Positions 36,494-46,749 of a stretch of DNA of 64,000 nt are shown one piece after another. A program made the position numbers and the translations under genes. This DNA is from Escherichia phage slur16: sequence record NC_028248.1; one strand, written 5' to 3'. How positions within the stretch are numbered: position 1 is the first letter of the stretch; the number at the start of each line of letters is the position of its first letter. Below the pieces are notes generated by a model. That model saw only the letters and a list, made by a program, of their open reading frames with translations. It did not search any database and had not been told where the DNA came from.

Positions 36494-37477
36494 ATGATGA
36501 CAAAGTTAACTCTTGAGCAAATTTTAACACTAAAGCAACAGGGATACACTAATAGACAAATTGCTCGTGAATTTTTAGGCCGTGAGTCACGTGAGAGCTG
36601 GATCCGACTACAGCTTAAACGTGCACAAGAGAATATGTCAGAGATTGTAGGAGAAGCAACGGAGCGCTTCCTTGAAGAGCACAAAGGTGCTAAAGTTTGG
36701 GTGTATGATACAGAGACATCTCCAACAAACGGCTGGTTCTTTGGGCACTATAAGACCAACATTCAAACCTGCGGTATTGAAATTATGCCCTACATGCTAA
36801 CTTTCGCAGGTAAGTGGTTAGACAGTCCTAGTGTGGTTGACTGCGCTCTTCCTGATTACAAAATGTGGGATGAGGATATTCACAATGATCTCGAATTGAT
36901 TCAGGATTTGTGGTATTATCTGGATAAATGTGATGTCGCAGTAGCCCACAATTCAGGTTTTGACTGTGGGTGGGCCAACCAACGATTTGCATTTCACGGA
37001 TTGCCTCCAACAAGCCCCTACAAAGAGGTTGACACCCTTAAAATGATCAAGAAGGCATTCCGTTTGAATGCAAACACTTTGGAGTATGCATGCAAATACT
37101 TCCAACTTGCCCGACAGAAACTGATTGACCACACATTTGAAATGTGGATCAAGTGTGTTCACGGTGATCTTGAGGCGTTTAAACAGATGCGGGAGTACAA
37201 TGTTGGCGATATCCTATCTCTGGAAGGCCTGTATTTGCTGGCTCGCCCGTTTGCTAAGCAGCACCCCAACATGTCATTGTACTACCAGGATGAGGAGCCA
37301 AAAGTTCGTTGCCCACGCTGTGGTGGAGAACACCTTCACGAGGAAGAAGCTTTGGCGTATACTCAACTGAGTGCATTTAAAACATACCGCTGCGAAGGTT
37401 GTGGATCTGTTGTTCGTGACCGTAACAACATCCGCACCAGAGAAGAAATGAAAAATACCCTGATTCAGATAATCTAA
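36494..37477 (+). CDS. DnaQ-like 3'-5' exonuclease with C-terminal zinc ribbon
   Basis: Exo I VWVYDTETS, Exo II AHNSGFDCGW; C-terminal CPRCGG...CEGCGS. Confidence 0.6.
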   Translation: MMTKLTLEQILTLKQQGYTNRQIAREFLGRESRESWIRLQLKRAQENMSEIVGEATERFLEEHKGAKVWVYDTETSPTNGWFFGHYKTNIQTCGIEIMPYMLTFAGKWLDSPSVVDCALPDYKMWDEDIHNDLELIQDLWYYLDKCDVAVAHNSGFDCGWANQRFAFHGLPPTSPYKEVDTLKMIKKAFRLNANTLEYACKYFQLARQKLIDHTFEMWIKCVHGDLEAFKQMREYNVGDILSLEGLYLLARPFAKQHPNMSLYYQDEEPKVRCPRCGGEHLHEEEALAYTQLSAFKTYRCEGCGSVVRDRNNIRTREEMKNTLIQII

Positions 37478-37492
37478 CAATTATAGGGAGGC

Positions 37493-38341
37493 TTGCGCCT
37501 CCCTTTTCCTTTTGGAGGCACTTTGAGCAAGAAAGAGTCCAACGACAAATACTACACAAACCCTGAGTATGCAGAATATCTTGTTGGTAAAGTAAAAGAT
37601 AAGTATGGGAATTGTGCATACGTTGAGCCTTCTGCTGGAAGGGGTTCTTTTTCAAAACTATTTTCAGAGATACTGTCGTACGATTTAGTACCAGATCCTG
37701 AATTTGAAGGACCAACACCGTGCATTCAGGCAAACTTCTTGGAGGTGCATCCCAAGGCAGATGTCTTCATAGGTAACCCACCATTTGGCAAGAATTCATC
37801 CTTAGCTTGCAAATTCTTTAACCATTGTGCATCATTGCTAGAGCTTGGAGGGGCTATAGCCTTCATCTTGCCACGGACATTTGAAAAAATATTTTTTGCA
37901 AACAAACTGGACATGTCGATGCACCTTGTCTACAGCGAAAGGTGCCCTAAGAATTCGTTTTTACTTAATGGCAAACCTTATGACGTGCCATGTGTTTTCC
38001 AAATTTGGGAGAAAAAGGCGTGCAATAGGGATCCTGTAGAGATTGGAGAGAATAAGTTATTTTCTTTTAGCACACCAGATGACTACGACTTCTGTGTAAG
38101 ACGTGTTGGGTATAATGCTGGAAAAGTATTGGGGGATGATGACCCAAAATCTGAAGAATCAACATATTTCATAAAATCTTTAGTTAACGGTGTTGACAGA
38201 GTGTTTGCTGAATGCTATTCTTCTTTTCAAGAAGAAGCAGGTAAGACTGCTGGAATGAAGAGTATAGGTAAGAAAGAACTACAATACATTTTGGAGACCA
38301 GGTATGATCAAAAGCATAGACTTGACCAAAGAACTTACTGA
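37493..38341 (+). CDS. DNA N6-adenine methyltransferase
   Basis: Motif I VEPSAGRG and motif IV NPPFG; non-ATG start in ORF track, start uncertain. Confidence 0.55.
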   Translation: MRLPFPFGGTLSKKESNDKYYTNPEYAEYLVGKVKDKYGNCAYVEPSAGRGSFSKLFSEILSYDLVPDPEFEGPTPCIQANFLEVHPKADVFIGNPPFGKNSSLACKFFNHCASLLELGGAIAFILPRTFEKIFFANKLDMSMHLVYSERCPKNSFLLNGKPYDVPCVFQIWEKKACNRDPVEIGENKLFSFSTPDDYDFCVRRVGYNAGKVLGDDDPKSEESTYFIKSLVNGVDRVFAECYSSFQEEAGKTAGMKSIGKKELQYILETRYDQKHRLDQRTY

Positions 38342-38762
38342 TGCAAAAGCTTTTGGTGAGACAGCGGTACAAAGAGGACAGGCGATGGGACTGGCACTAC
38401 CTTTTGTCTTAAAAGAGCACTTTACAGATTTTCAACTTATCAAAGGTGATAAGGGAATGCTTATCCTGGAGCATAAGTTGAGTAAGAAACGCTATAAAGT
38501 CGTTTTTAATTCTAAAGCTCCAACAAAACTGGGATTCAGAACTTACAATCTTAACCCATCCTACACTAAGGGTGTTGGAAGGGTAGAACAACAGCATTTC
38601 AGTGCCAGAGCTTCTTTAGCCCCTTTGATGCTAAATTTCTCAGGGGTGGCTTTAGGATACCTTGATAAGAAAAGGGTTCTTCATGTTCGTTTCACAGACT
38701 TTGTAACGCTTTTAGCTAACAACGAGGTTGATGAGAAGGGACGTGTAAAAACAAACTTCTAA
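38304..38762 (+). CDS. hypothetical protein
   Basis: 152 aa ORF. Confidence 0.4.
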   Translation: MIKSIDLTKELTDAKAFGETAVQRGQAMGLALPFVLKEHFTDFQLIKGDKGMLILEHKLSKKRYKVVFNSKAPTKLGFRTYNLNPSYTKGVGRVEQQHFSARASLAPLMLNFSGVALGYLDKKRVLHVRFTDFVTLLANNEVDEKGRVKTNF

Positions 38763-38777
38763 TAACGCATAGTATGA

Positions 38778-38981
38778 TTGGAGACCGAAATGACACTAGA
38801 GTTAACAATTCCAGACAGCTTTTCAGAAAACTTTATCCCAGAAATGATGAGTAAGATGCGATCATTGCTTGATCAGATTGAGGAGGCTGTTTGGGAAGAC
38901 GATGCTGTAGTGGCTAACGAGCTGGTAGATAAGTGTAAAAGTATTATTGATGCAGTTGAAGAATACCACGGAGGTTTTTAA
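38778..38981 (+). CDS. hypothetical acidic protein
   Basis: 67 aa, ATGA-coupled to next gene. Confidence 0.4.
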   Translation: METEMTLELTIPDSFSENFIPEMMSKMRSLLDQIEEAVWEDDAVVANELVDKCKSIIDAVEEYHGGF

Positions 38982-39595
38982 TGGATATTATTGTTCTTAA
39001 CGCCCCACCCAGCAGTGGTAAGGATCACATTGCAGATCTCTTGTTGGAAGCTATTCCTAACTCACACCACCGTGAGGTTAAGGAAATGCTCTTCAGTGTG
39101 GCAATTAAGGCAGCTGGTGTAACTCCTCAACTCTGGAATGCACTTTATGACCGCCACTACAAAGAAGAGCCTTGCCCTTTCTTAATGATAGACGGCAAGC
39201 ATGTTTCTCCGCGAGAATGGATGATCCATTGTAGTGAAAATCTGATTAAACCTATCTTTGGTGAAGATGCTTTCGGTAAAGCCGCAGTCGCATCTTTGAA
39301 GAAAGATTTCCCTGAAGGTAAAGGGGTTATTGTTTACTCCGATGGGGGATTCAAAGAGGAGCTGGCATGCCTTAGCGAGTACGCATACAGCACAGGTGGA
39401 GATCTGTTGTTGTTCCGTATTCACCGTGTAGGATATGACTGGGGAAATGATTCCAGAACCTATCTAAGTCTGGAAAAGAACGGAATAAAAGGGGTTGAGT
39501 TTGATGTTGTAAACCCTGAAGGCGCACCTTGGGAGTGTGCATCGGAGATTGTGTGCAAGTATATTGATGCTAAAGAGGCCCAAGAAGAATGTTAA
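38981..39595 (+). CDS. deoxynucleoside monophosphate kinase-like P-loop protein
   Basis: N-terminal P-loop NAPPSSGKD resembles T4 gp1 dNMP kinase GVKRSGKD. Confidence 0.5.
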   Translation: MDIIVLNAPPSSGKDHIADLLLEAIPNSHHREVKEMLFSVAIKAAGVTPQLWNALYDRHYKEEPCPFLMIDGKHVSPREWMIHCSENLIKPIFGEDAFGKAAVASLKKDFPEGKGVIVYSDGGFKEELACLSEYAYSTGGDLLLFRIHRVGYDWGNDSRTYLSLEKNGIKGVEFDVVNPEGAPWECASEIVCKYIDAKEAQEEC

Positions 39596-40182
39596 TCGGA
39601 ATTGATGTAGATCTGACACTGGTAGATTCAGGAACAGCATGGTGGGAGTGGTTGGAGCGTTTGTATGGTCCAGCCAGTAAGACAGTAGCTAAACCTTCTA
39701 ATGGGCTAATGTATTACGATCTGTCAAAGTATTGGCCTGATCGTCCCAAAGAAAACATCATAGGACCTTTTGATTTCTGGAGTGATCCGTTCCTCTACGA
39801 CTTCCTTAAGCCTGAAGAGGGGGCTATTGAGGTTATGAAAGATTTGGTGGCTCGTGGTCACAAGCTTGCATTTATCTCGGTATGCAAGAAAGGTCACCTT
39901 GCATCTAAATCAAGGTTCTTAAAGCGTTGGACCAGTGATTTTATGGATCTGGACGATCACACCCAGGGCCACGGCTTCTACGCCACACATTTCAAAGGGA
40001 ATGTGGCTGTAGATGTTATAATTGACGACAGGCATGAATACCTGAACCAATTCGCTTCACGACCTGAAGTTATTAAAATCCTAAAAGATACACCTTATGA
40101 GCAATTCGAGGAGTTAAAGGTCAGTGTTGACTATACCGCTAATAGCTGGTATAAAATAGGAAAATTTTTAGAAGGTATTTGA
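39589..40182 (+). CDS. HAD-superfamily hydrolase (possible 5'-deoxynucleotidase)
   Basis: N-terminal HAD motif I in LIGIDVDLTL (DxDxT). Confidence 0.45.
   Translation: MLIGIDVDLTLVDSGTAWWEWLERLYGPASKTVAKPSNGLMYYDLSKYWPDRPKENIIGPFDFWSDPFLYDFLKPEEGAIEVMKDLVARGHKLAFISVCKKGHLASKSRFLKRWTSDFMDLDDHTQGHGFYATHFKGNVAVDVIIDDRHEYLNQFASRPEVIKILKDTPYEQFEELKVSVDYTANSWYKIGKFLEGI
40127..40155 (+). promoter_or_regulatory. sigma70-like promoter
   Basis: TTGACT (40127-40132), 17 nt spacer, TATAAA (40150-40155). Confidence 0.45.
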
Positions 40183-40183
40183 A

Positions 40184-40384
40184 ATGGGCAGATGTTCTAA
40201 AGGTGGCGATCCTGTAGTCAGATACGGTGACTGGCTAGAGGTGTATGATCTAGGAGGTAAGCTAGTGTATGCCTCTAGGATCACCCAAGATATGTGCTCT
40301 GACATGTTCAACAGATACCTTGCATTTAAGGCCAACATAAACCCAGACGAAATTTCCAAAATTAAAACAAGGAGAGCTAAATAA
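40184..40384 (+). CDS. hypothetical protein
   Basis: 66 aa, ATGA-coupled to thyX. Confidence 0.4.
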   Translation: MGRCSKGGDPVVRYGDWLEVYDLGGKLVYASRITQDMCSDMFNRYLAFKANINPDEISKIKTRRAK

Positions 40385-41367
40385 TGCTAAAACTGTGCAC
40401 TGCAAAGATTATTGCTGACAGCATTTCCGAGAAAGGTAAGCGTATCACCACTTTTGAACTAGAGTATCCTCGAATTATTCACTCAGAGCTTATGACGCAC
40501 CGAGTGTTCAGCCGAAACGCCATGTCTTCCCGTGCAGTACCTGTCGGCAAGATGCTGCAACAGATTGTGGAGAATCCGGCAATGCCAGTTCGCTTCGGTG
40601 TAAATAAGCGAGGAATGGAAGATGGTGGGGAACACGATCAAAAGATCCGTGTAGAGTACACTGACATGGAGCTAACTCCTGAAGAGTTTTGGAAAGAAGC
40701 TGCAAAAAACGCCGCTTGGCATGCAGAGAAGTTCGCCCTTGCTGGTTACCATAAGCAAGTATGTAACCGCTTAGTGGAGCCGTTCCAGCGCATGAAAACA
40801 GTTGTAACAAGCACCGAGTGGAATAATTTTTTCCACCTCCGTTGCTGGCACGATGCGGATCCTACGATTCAGATGTTAGCTAATTGTATGTGGGAGGCTC
40901 TTGAGAATAGCACTCCTGAAATCCTTAAACCGGGTCAATGGCACACCCCATATGTAGAGCACGTTTATTTGGACGGAGAGTTTAACTACGCTGTACGTGA
41001 CACAGAAGGAAAGCTCTGCATTCTCGATACTAAAGAAGCTCTGTCTATCAGTGCTAGTTGCTGTGCACAAGTATCTTATCGAAATATTGACAGCACGTTT
41101 GAAAAGGCAGATAGTGTGGCTAAAAAATTGATTGGTGGGGATCGTATTCATGCAAGCCCTTACGAGCACCAGGCAACACCTATGGATCACGATAACGCAA
41201 TGGAACGTTTAAACTACTACCTGTCTTCATGTGAAATCACACAAGACATCAGTACTTGGCAGGAAGGTGTAACCCATCAAGACCGTGATGGTAAATTCTG
41301 GTCTGCCAACTTTTGTGGGTGGGTTCAGCACAGACAACTGCTTAATAACCACTTCGTGAAAGGTTAA
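40384..41367 (+). CDS. thyX: flavin-dependent thymidylate synthase ThyX
   Basis: ThyX-like motif THRVFSRNAMSSRA (cf. RHRxxSxxxxSSRY); ~327 aa. Confidence 0.7.
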   Translation: MLKLCTAKIIADSISEKGKRITTFELEYPRIIHSELMTHRVFSRNAMSSRAVPVGKMLQQIVENPAMPVRFGVNKRGMEDGGEHDQKIRVEYTDMELTPEEFWKEAAKNAAWHAEKFALAGYHKQVCNRLVEPFQRMKTVVTSTEWNNFFHLRCWHDADPTIQMLANCMWEALENSTPEILKPGQWHTPYVEHVYLDGEFNYAVRDTEGKLCILDTKEALSISASCCAQVSYRNIDSTFEKADSVAKKLIGGDRIHASPYEHQATPMDHDNAMERLNYYLSSCEITQDISTWQEGVTHQDRDGKFWSANFCGWVQHRQLLNNHFVKG

Positions 41368-41396
41368 TCCTATCACAGCGATAGGTAACTTTTGTG

Positions 41397-41425
41397 TTGA
41401 CTAATAGTATTAGATAATCTATAAT
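41397..41425 (+). promoter_or_regulatory. sigma70-like promoter (near consensus)
   Basis: TTGACT (41397-41402), 17 nt spacer, TATAAT (41420-41425). Confidence 0.6.
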
Positions 41426-41465
41426 AATGGCTCACTTTGTTGGTGAGCCAGAAATGGAGACAGAT

Positions 41466-41927
41466 ATGAGTAATGTTATGATTCCTAAAAAGACATTTAT
41501 TTCAGTTACTTTAGATTTTCTATCTACCGTCCCTGGGTTTAACGTTCGCACACGAAACGGTCTCCGAGCTGCACTCTTTGCCGTAGGGTTTGATTTAAAA
41601 AGTATTGATGTTCTTCGTGGAAAAAACGTTCGATGCAAAAATAAGCCAACACATTATCGAAAGGCAGATGTATTTGCTGGTGTCATGCGTGCAGACTTTA
41701 GATACCCACAAATGTATAACGGTGTAGATATTTTAGATGTAGATAAAGCACCTGGTGAGGCAATGCTTGTTCAAGATCTCCCGTATGATATCCCTGTAGA
41801 GGATCGTGTTAATGTAAGAAAGTATACAAAACAATCTGAAAAGGCTGAAGATATTCATATTGTTGATGAACCTTTCAATTTTGAAGATCTGCATCGCCTG
41901 GAAAAATTATTCGGTATTGAAAGCTAA
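41466..41927 (+). CDS. hypothetical protein
   Basis: ORF-track ATG 41427 sits 2 nt after the -10 box; start moved to ATG 41466 with GGAGA RBS. Confidence 0.4.
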   Translation: MSNVMIPKKTFISVTLDFLSTVPGFNVRTRNGLRAALFAVGFDLKSIDVLRGKNVRCKNKPTHYRKADVFAGVMRADFRYPQMYNGVDILDVDKAPGEAMLVQDLPYDIPVEDRVNVRKYTKQSEKAEDIHIVDEPFNFEDLHRLEKLFGIES

Positions 41928-41937
41928 GGTGGTGAAG

Positions 41938-42168
41938 ATGAGTCATAACTCCAAGTGGAAGGATCTTGGTTTTGCAAGTCGGGCAGAGTATGTTGGTTGG
42001 CTTTGGTTCAATGGCCTGACAAACGATATTAAAATGTATGATGATGTCTATTATGACGAGTATACAGGTAAAATTATAAATATCTCTGTAGAAGAGGATA
42101 CTTTTATCCAGCAAGATACTGATACCTGTCTTGATAAATACGTTAGTGAAGTGGAGGAAGCAAATTGA
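41938..42168 (+). CDS. hypothetical protein
   Basis: Start at ATG 41938 (AAGGTGGTGAAG RBS); ATGA-coupled to nrdA. Confidence 0.4.
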   Translation: MSHNSKWKDLGFASRAEYVGWLWFNGLTNDIKMYDDVYYDEYTGKIINISVEEDTFIQQDTDTCLDKYVSEVEEAN

Positions 42169-44480
42169 TCACCAAGGTAATTAAAAGCAACGGATGTGAA
42201 GTGGCATTCGATCCAGAACGTTTAAATAAGGCAGCTATTTTCGGTGACGATGGTAACGGCAATTGGTCACATATTGCACTGGATGCCTACAAGCGGTTGT
42301 ATGATGGATGTACAACCAAAGAAGTTAACCAAGCTATTATAGACTCTTGTGTTAGCCGTAAAGACGAAGCACATTCCCGTATGGCTGGTCGTGTTCTCAT
42401 TGGTCAGATCTATAAAGAGGCTTTTGGAGGGTTTACAAAGATCCCTTCCTTACCATTATTTTACAATGACATGGTTGAGAAAGGTTATTGGGAGGATATG
42501 GGTTATAGCTTTACCGAGCTAAACACTTTAGACGCTGTTATTGACCACAGTAAAGATCTCGGTTATGGCTATGCAGTCCTTAAACAGTTTCGCGACAAAT
42601 ACGGGATCAAGGATACTCTTAAAGACACCTTGTTTGAATCTCCCCAGATGATGTTTATGGGGATAGCAATGGCTGTCATGAAGAATATGCCGAAAGAACG
42701 TCGTATCAACGATGTTGTAAAATTATACACTTATCTGTCCGACTTAAAGATCAATGCCCCAACACCGTACTTAAACGGGCTGCGCACAGGTAAGACAGGG
42801 TATGCATCTTGTTGTGTAATAAAAGCTGACGATACAGCAAAATCTATTGGTGTGGCACGTGAAGTTGCGTACACAATGACGGTTAACCAGGCAGGTATCG
42901 GCTACTATTTATCCTCAAGATCTGCAGGCGATGGTGTTCGTGGTAACACTATTAAACATATGGGTAAGATTCCATATTATCGAGGTATTGATGCTGGGGT
43001 TAAGGAGAACAGACAACAATCACGTGGCGGTTCTGCAACAGTATCATTCCTTGCACTGGATCCGCAGATTGATGAGCTAATCCGTTTGAGAAACCCTATG
43101 ACTGTTGCTTCAAAAAGAATCAACACCATGGACTACTCTATAGGTATTAACAGGTCGTTTATCAACCGTGTGGCTAAGAATTTAGATTGGATGCTTGTTT
43201 CTTATAAGCACGCGCCTCAACTGCATGAGGGTATCTTCACCATGTCTATGGAGGAGTTTGATGCAGAGGTTGATCGTATCGCTAAAGATGACAGTATTCC
43301 TAAAACATGGATCCGAGCTAGAGATCTTGCTGTTGAACTGCTCACGCAGCGTACTGAGGTTGGAAGGCTGTTCGTATACTGGACAGACGAGATGAATAGA
43401 CATACACCTTTTAAAGATGTGATCTATTCAAGTAACCTGTGTGCAGAAATAGCCCTCCCGACAAAAGGCTATTCAGATATGCGTAATATCTTCAAGCACG
43501 ATGTTGATGATGGCGAAGTTGCATTGTGCTTCCTGTCATCCCTTGTAGCTGGAAGGGTTACCCCAGAGGAGTATGAGGATGTTGCATATTACACTGTGCT
43601 TATGATTGACAATGTTATGGAAATCATGACATATCCGTATGAAAATATGGAGAGCACTGTTAAAAAACGCAGATCCATCGGAGTTGGCCTTACCAATGTT
43701 GCACATTTTATTGCCAGCCACAAGGTTACTTACGGATCTCCTGAAAGTAAACAGCTTGTTCACGATCTTGCAGAACTTCACAGCTACAGTTTGCATAAGG
43801 CAAGTTTACGATTGGCAAAAGAGCGTGGTGTCTGTGAGTGGATGCATAAAACAAAATACCCGGAGGGTTGGTTACCAATCGACACCTATAACAAAGAGGT
43901 CGATAGCGTGGTGAAAGATCCTTCTCTTAAACAGGATTGGGAAGGGTTACGTAAAGAAATCATTGAAAATGGTGGGCTACGTAATAGCGTTCTTGAAGCA
44001 TATATGCCTAATGAAAGCTCTTCGCTGGCAACAAACACCACTAACGGGGTTTATCCTGTCCGTGAGCACATTATCTTTAAAAAGTCGCCACAAGGGCAGG
44101 TGCTGTTTATCGTTCCTGACTATGATGAGTTGAAAGAGTATTACACTTCGGCTTGGGACGTTGATACTAACGACATGATCGATATGTATGCTGTGATTCA
44201 AAAATTCACAGGTCAGGCAATCAGCGCGGATTTATACATAGACTACACCAAGTTGAAAGATGGTAAAATTTCAATGAAGGAGCAGCTAGGGTACCTTATC
44301 CGTGCCACTAAATTCGGGATGAAGACATGGTATTATTTAAACTCTAGGGTTGGTGCTGGTGACTCCTTGGCAGAGGAACTTCATGCCAAGAAACAGGCTG
44401 AAGATGAAACCAGAAAGAACTACCCTTTGATTGCAGATAGTTCAGTTGAAGATCCGTATTGCGAAAGCTGTGCACTATAA
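42165..44480 (+). CDS. nrdA: ribonucleotide reductase class Ia large subunit
   Basis: 771 aa; catalytic NLCAEIALPT; C-terminal CESCAL; followed by nrdB. Confidence 0.9.
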   Translation: MITKVIKSNGCEVAFDPERLNKAAIFGDDGNGNWSHIALDAYKRLYDGCTTKEVNQAIIDSCVSRKDEAHSRMAGRVLIGQIYKEAFGGFTKIPSLPLFYNDMVEKGYWEDMGYSFTELNTLDAVIDHSKDLGYGYAVLKQFRDKYGIKDTLKDTLFESPQMMFMGIAMAVMKNMPKERRINDVVKLYTYLSDLKINAPTPYLNGLRTGKTGYASCCVIKADDTAKSIGVAREVAYTMTVNQAGIGYYLSSRSAGDGVRGNTIKHMGKIPYYRGIDAGVKENRQQSRGGSATVSFLALDPQIDELIRLRNPMTVASKRINTMDYSIGINRSFINRVAKNLDWMLVSYKHAPQLHEGIFTMSMEEFDAEVDRIAKDDSIPKTWIRARDLAVELLTQRTEVGRLFVYWTDEMNRHTPFKDVIYSSNLCAEIALPTKGYSDMRNIFKHDVDDGEVALCFLSSLVAGRVTPEEYEDVAYYTVLMIDNVMEIMTYPYENMESTVKKRRSIGVGLTNVAHFIASHKVTYGSPESKQLVHDLAELHSYSLHKASLRLAKERGVCEWMHKTKYPEGWLPIDTYNKEVDSVVKDPSLKQDWEGLRKEIIENGGLRNSVLEAYMPNESSSLATNTTNGVYPVREHIIFKKSPQGQVLFIVPDYDELKEYYTSAWDVDTNDMIDMYAVIQKFTGQAISADLYIDYTKLKDGKISMKEQLGYLIRATKFGMKTWYYLNSRVGAGDSLAEELHAKKQAEDETRKNYPLIADSSVEDPYCESCAL

Positions 44481-44484
44481 TTTT

Positions 44485-44506
44485 AAAGGGGCTTCGGCCC
44501 CATTTT
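44485..44506 (+). terminator. rho-independent terminator / attenuator between nrdA and nrdB
   Basis: GGGGC-TTCG-GCCCC hairpin then ATTTT. Confidence 0.55.
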
Positions 44507-44518
44507 AGAGGTAGAATA

Positions 44519-45607
44519 ATGGCTGTATTTAATGCTGAGAACACCGCTCATAAAACTGGTGACTATCCGCTGTTTCTGGGACAGCAAATGGGTATGTACG
44601 ACTCTATCAACAAAAAATATCCACAACTGTTCGAACTGTACAAAAAACAAAAAGAACAAGACTGGGCAGAGGATGAAGTGGATTTGTCGCAATCTATTTC
44701 AGATTTTGTAACATGCTCCAAGTCAACTTATGATGTGATGGTGCAGACCTTGATGTGGCAATGGGAGGCTGATAGCGTTGCGGCAAGATCGATCATCTGC
44801 CTCTTTTCACCATTCATCACTAATAGTGAGCTTTTCACTCTATTGATGAAACAGTCAGAGATTGAAGTTCTTCACGCACTAACTTACTCAGAGATTGTTA
44901 GACAATGCCTCCCCAATGCCCGTGAGATTATAGAAGAGATTCAGGAAAACCAAAACGTTCTGAGCAGATCTGGCGTTATTGTCAAATACATGCAAGAGCT
45001 TGAGGTTATTGGTGCAAAATACCGACTGGATCCTTCTAGTGTTGAAGAGGATATTGTGCGGAAATGCATTCTTAGAGCGCTTTTTGCACTTTTAGCCCTG
45101 GAAAGTATTGAGTTTATTGCAAGTTTTGCATGCACTTTCGCAGTAGCTGAACAGGGTATTTTTGTTCAGGTGGCGCAGCTTGTTCAAAAAATCATGCTTG
45201 ACGAAATGCTACATTCGAAAGGTGATTTTGCCATCATTGATATCCTGCTTAATGATCCGGCATGGGAGAAAAGCTTCCTTGAGATAAAAGGGGAGTTAAA
45301 AGAGATTCTTGATGAAGTACGAACCAAAGAGTACGGTTGGAGTGACTATATTTTCAGCGAAGGAAGAGCGATTATAGGTCTTAACTCACCGTTGCTTAAA
45401 GAATGGGTTGACTATAACTGCTCACCGATTTATGATTACTACGGCATCGACAAAGACTTTGTGCCGCCAACAAAGGACCCTCTACCGTTTATGCAGGTGT
45501 GGATGAAACCTTCATTGCAACAGACGGCGAACCAAGAAATGTCGAACACTGACTACCGCGTCAACACAACTGTTAATGACGCTGAAGAAGAAATTTGGGA
45601 GTTTTAA
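44519..45607 (+). CDS. nrdB: ribonucleotide reductase class Ia small subunit
   Basis: Di-iron ferritin-like helices; start at ATG 44519 (AGAGG RBS), ORF-track extension overlaps nrdA. Confidence 0.85.
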   Translation: MAVFNAENTAHKTGDYPLFLGQQMGMYDSINKKYPQLFELYKKQKEQDWAEDEVDLSQSISDFVTCSKSTYDVMVQTLMWQWEADSVAARSIICLFSPFITNSELFTLLMKQSEIEVLHALTYSEIVRQCLPNAREIIEEIQENQNVLSRSGVIVKYMQELEVIGAKYRLDPSSVEEDIVRKCILRALFALLALESIEFIASFACTFAVAEQGIFVQVAQLVQKIMLDEMLHSKGDFAIIDILLNDPAWEKSFLEIKGELKEILDEVRTKEYGWSDYIFSEGRAIIGLNSPLLKEWVDYNCSPIYDYYGIDKDFVPPTKDPLPFMQVWMKPSLQQTANQEMSNTDYRVNTTVNDAEEEIWEF

Positions 45608-45610
45608 TAC

Positions 45611-45889
45611 ATGAGCTGTGAAAAATCTTTTTTCTTTATTATTTACGGTAAAGATAACTGCCCACATTGTGTAAGAGCAAAAGAATTTGCAGTCAGTAAA
45701 GGTCTGCCTTTTGTATATAAGACACTTGGCGAGGGTTACACAAAAGAAGAGCTTATTGAGAAGTGCAGTCCAATCGTACCCAGAACGTTGCCGCAGATCT
45801 TCTTAGAAAGCAATCTTGAAAGTGTCCATATAGGCGGTGCCGACGATTTCATCTCTTTTGTTAAGAATGGTTTTGGAGAGAAAAAGTGA
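45611..45889 (+). CDS. glutaredoxin / NrdH-like redoxin
   Basis: 92 aa with CPHC active site (YGKDNCPHCVRAKEF); between nrdB and nrdD. Confidence 0.7.
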   Translation: MSCEKSFFFIIYGKDNCPHCVRAKEFAVSKGLPFVYKTLGEGYTKEELIEKCSPIVPRTLPQIFLESNLESVHIGGADDFISFVKNGFGEKK

Positions 45890-46746
45890 AAGTTGTAAAA
45901 CGGGACGGTAGAGAAGAGGTCTATAACGGAATTAAGGTGATCAAGGCGGCAGAGTCCGCCTTACTTGAGTCTGGACATACTGAAGAAGAAGCTTACCGGA
46001 TCGCCTGTGCGGTTAATGAAGTTGTTGCTAACAATCTACCAACCGATCAGTGCACGATCTCTGTAAAAAATATCCATATCCTTGTTGAAGATGCTCTTAT
46101 GGATATGGGTTTAAAATGTGCAGCCAGAGAATACATCCAGTATAGGCAGACAAGAGATAATAACAGAGAGGCAGGTGGAAAACTGCTTGCAGATATTAGT
46201 GGCTTCTTGGATCGCACTTGTGATGAATTTACAAAAGAAAACGCAAATAAGCCTACCAATCATGTACACACTCATCGTGACCTGCTTGCAGGCATCCTTA
46301 GCAAACACCTTGCATCAACACAGATCCTGCCAGACCGTGTCTCAGAAGAGCACAATAAAGGCTTCATCCATGTGCATGATCTTGACTACTTGATCAGTCC
46401 GTTAACAAACTGTTGTTTGGTAAATTATCCAGATATGTTGGAAAACGGATTCAACATTGGCAACGCCCATGTCAGTAAGCCGAAGTCAATAGGGGTTGCA
46501 ACAACAATCCTTAGCCAAATCTCTAGTGCGGTAGCTAGTGCTCAATATGGTGGTCAGACTATGAGCCATATTGATCATTATCTGGCACAGTATGCTGAAG
46601 CAACCTATGAGAAGAACCTTAAATTTTGCCAGGAACATTGGTTGCCGGATGCTGAAACTGTTGCAATGCAAATGACAGATAAAGACGTATTTGACAGCAT
46701 GCAGACTTTGCTCTATCAAATCAATACGTTAACTTCTGTCAACGGT
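45886..46746 (+). CDS. nrdD: anaerobic ribonucleotide reductase, exon 1
   Basis: N-terminal ATP-cone-like start (MKVVKRDGREEVYNGIKV); frame ends in intron; 5' splice site approximate. Confidence 0.8.
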
Positions 46747-46749
46747 TAA

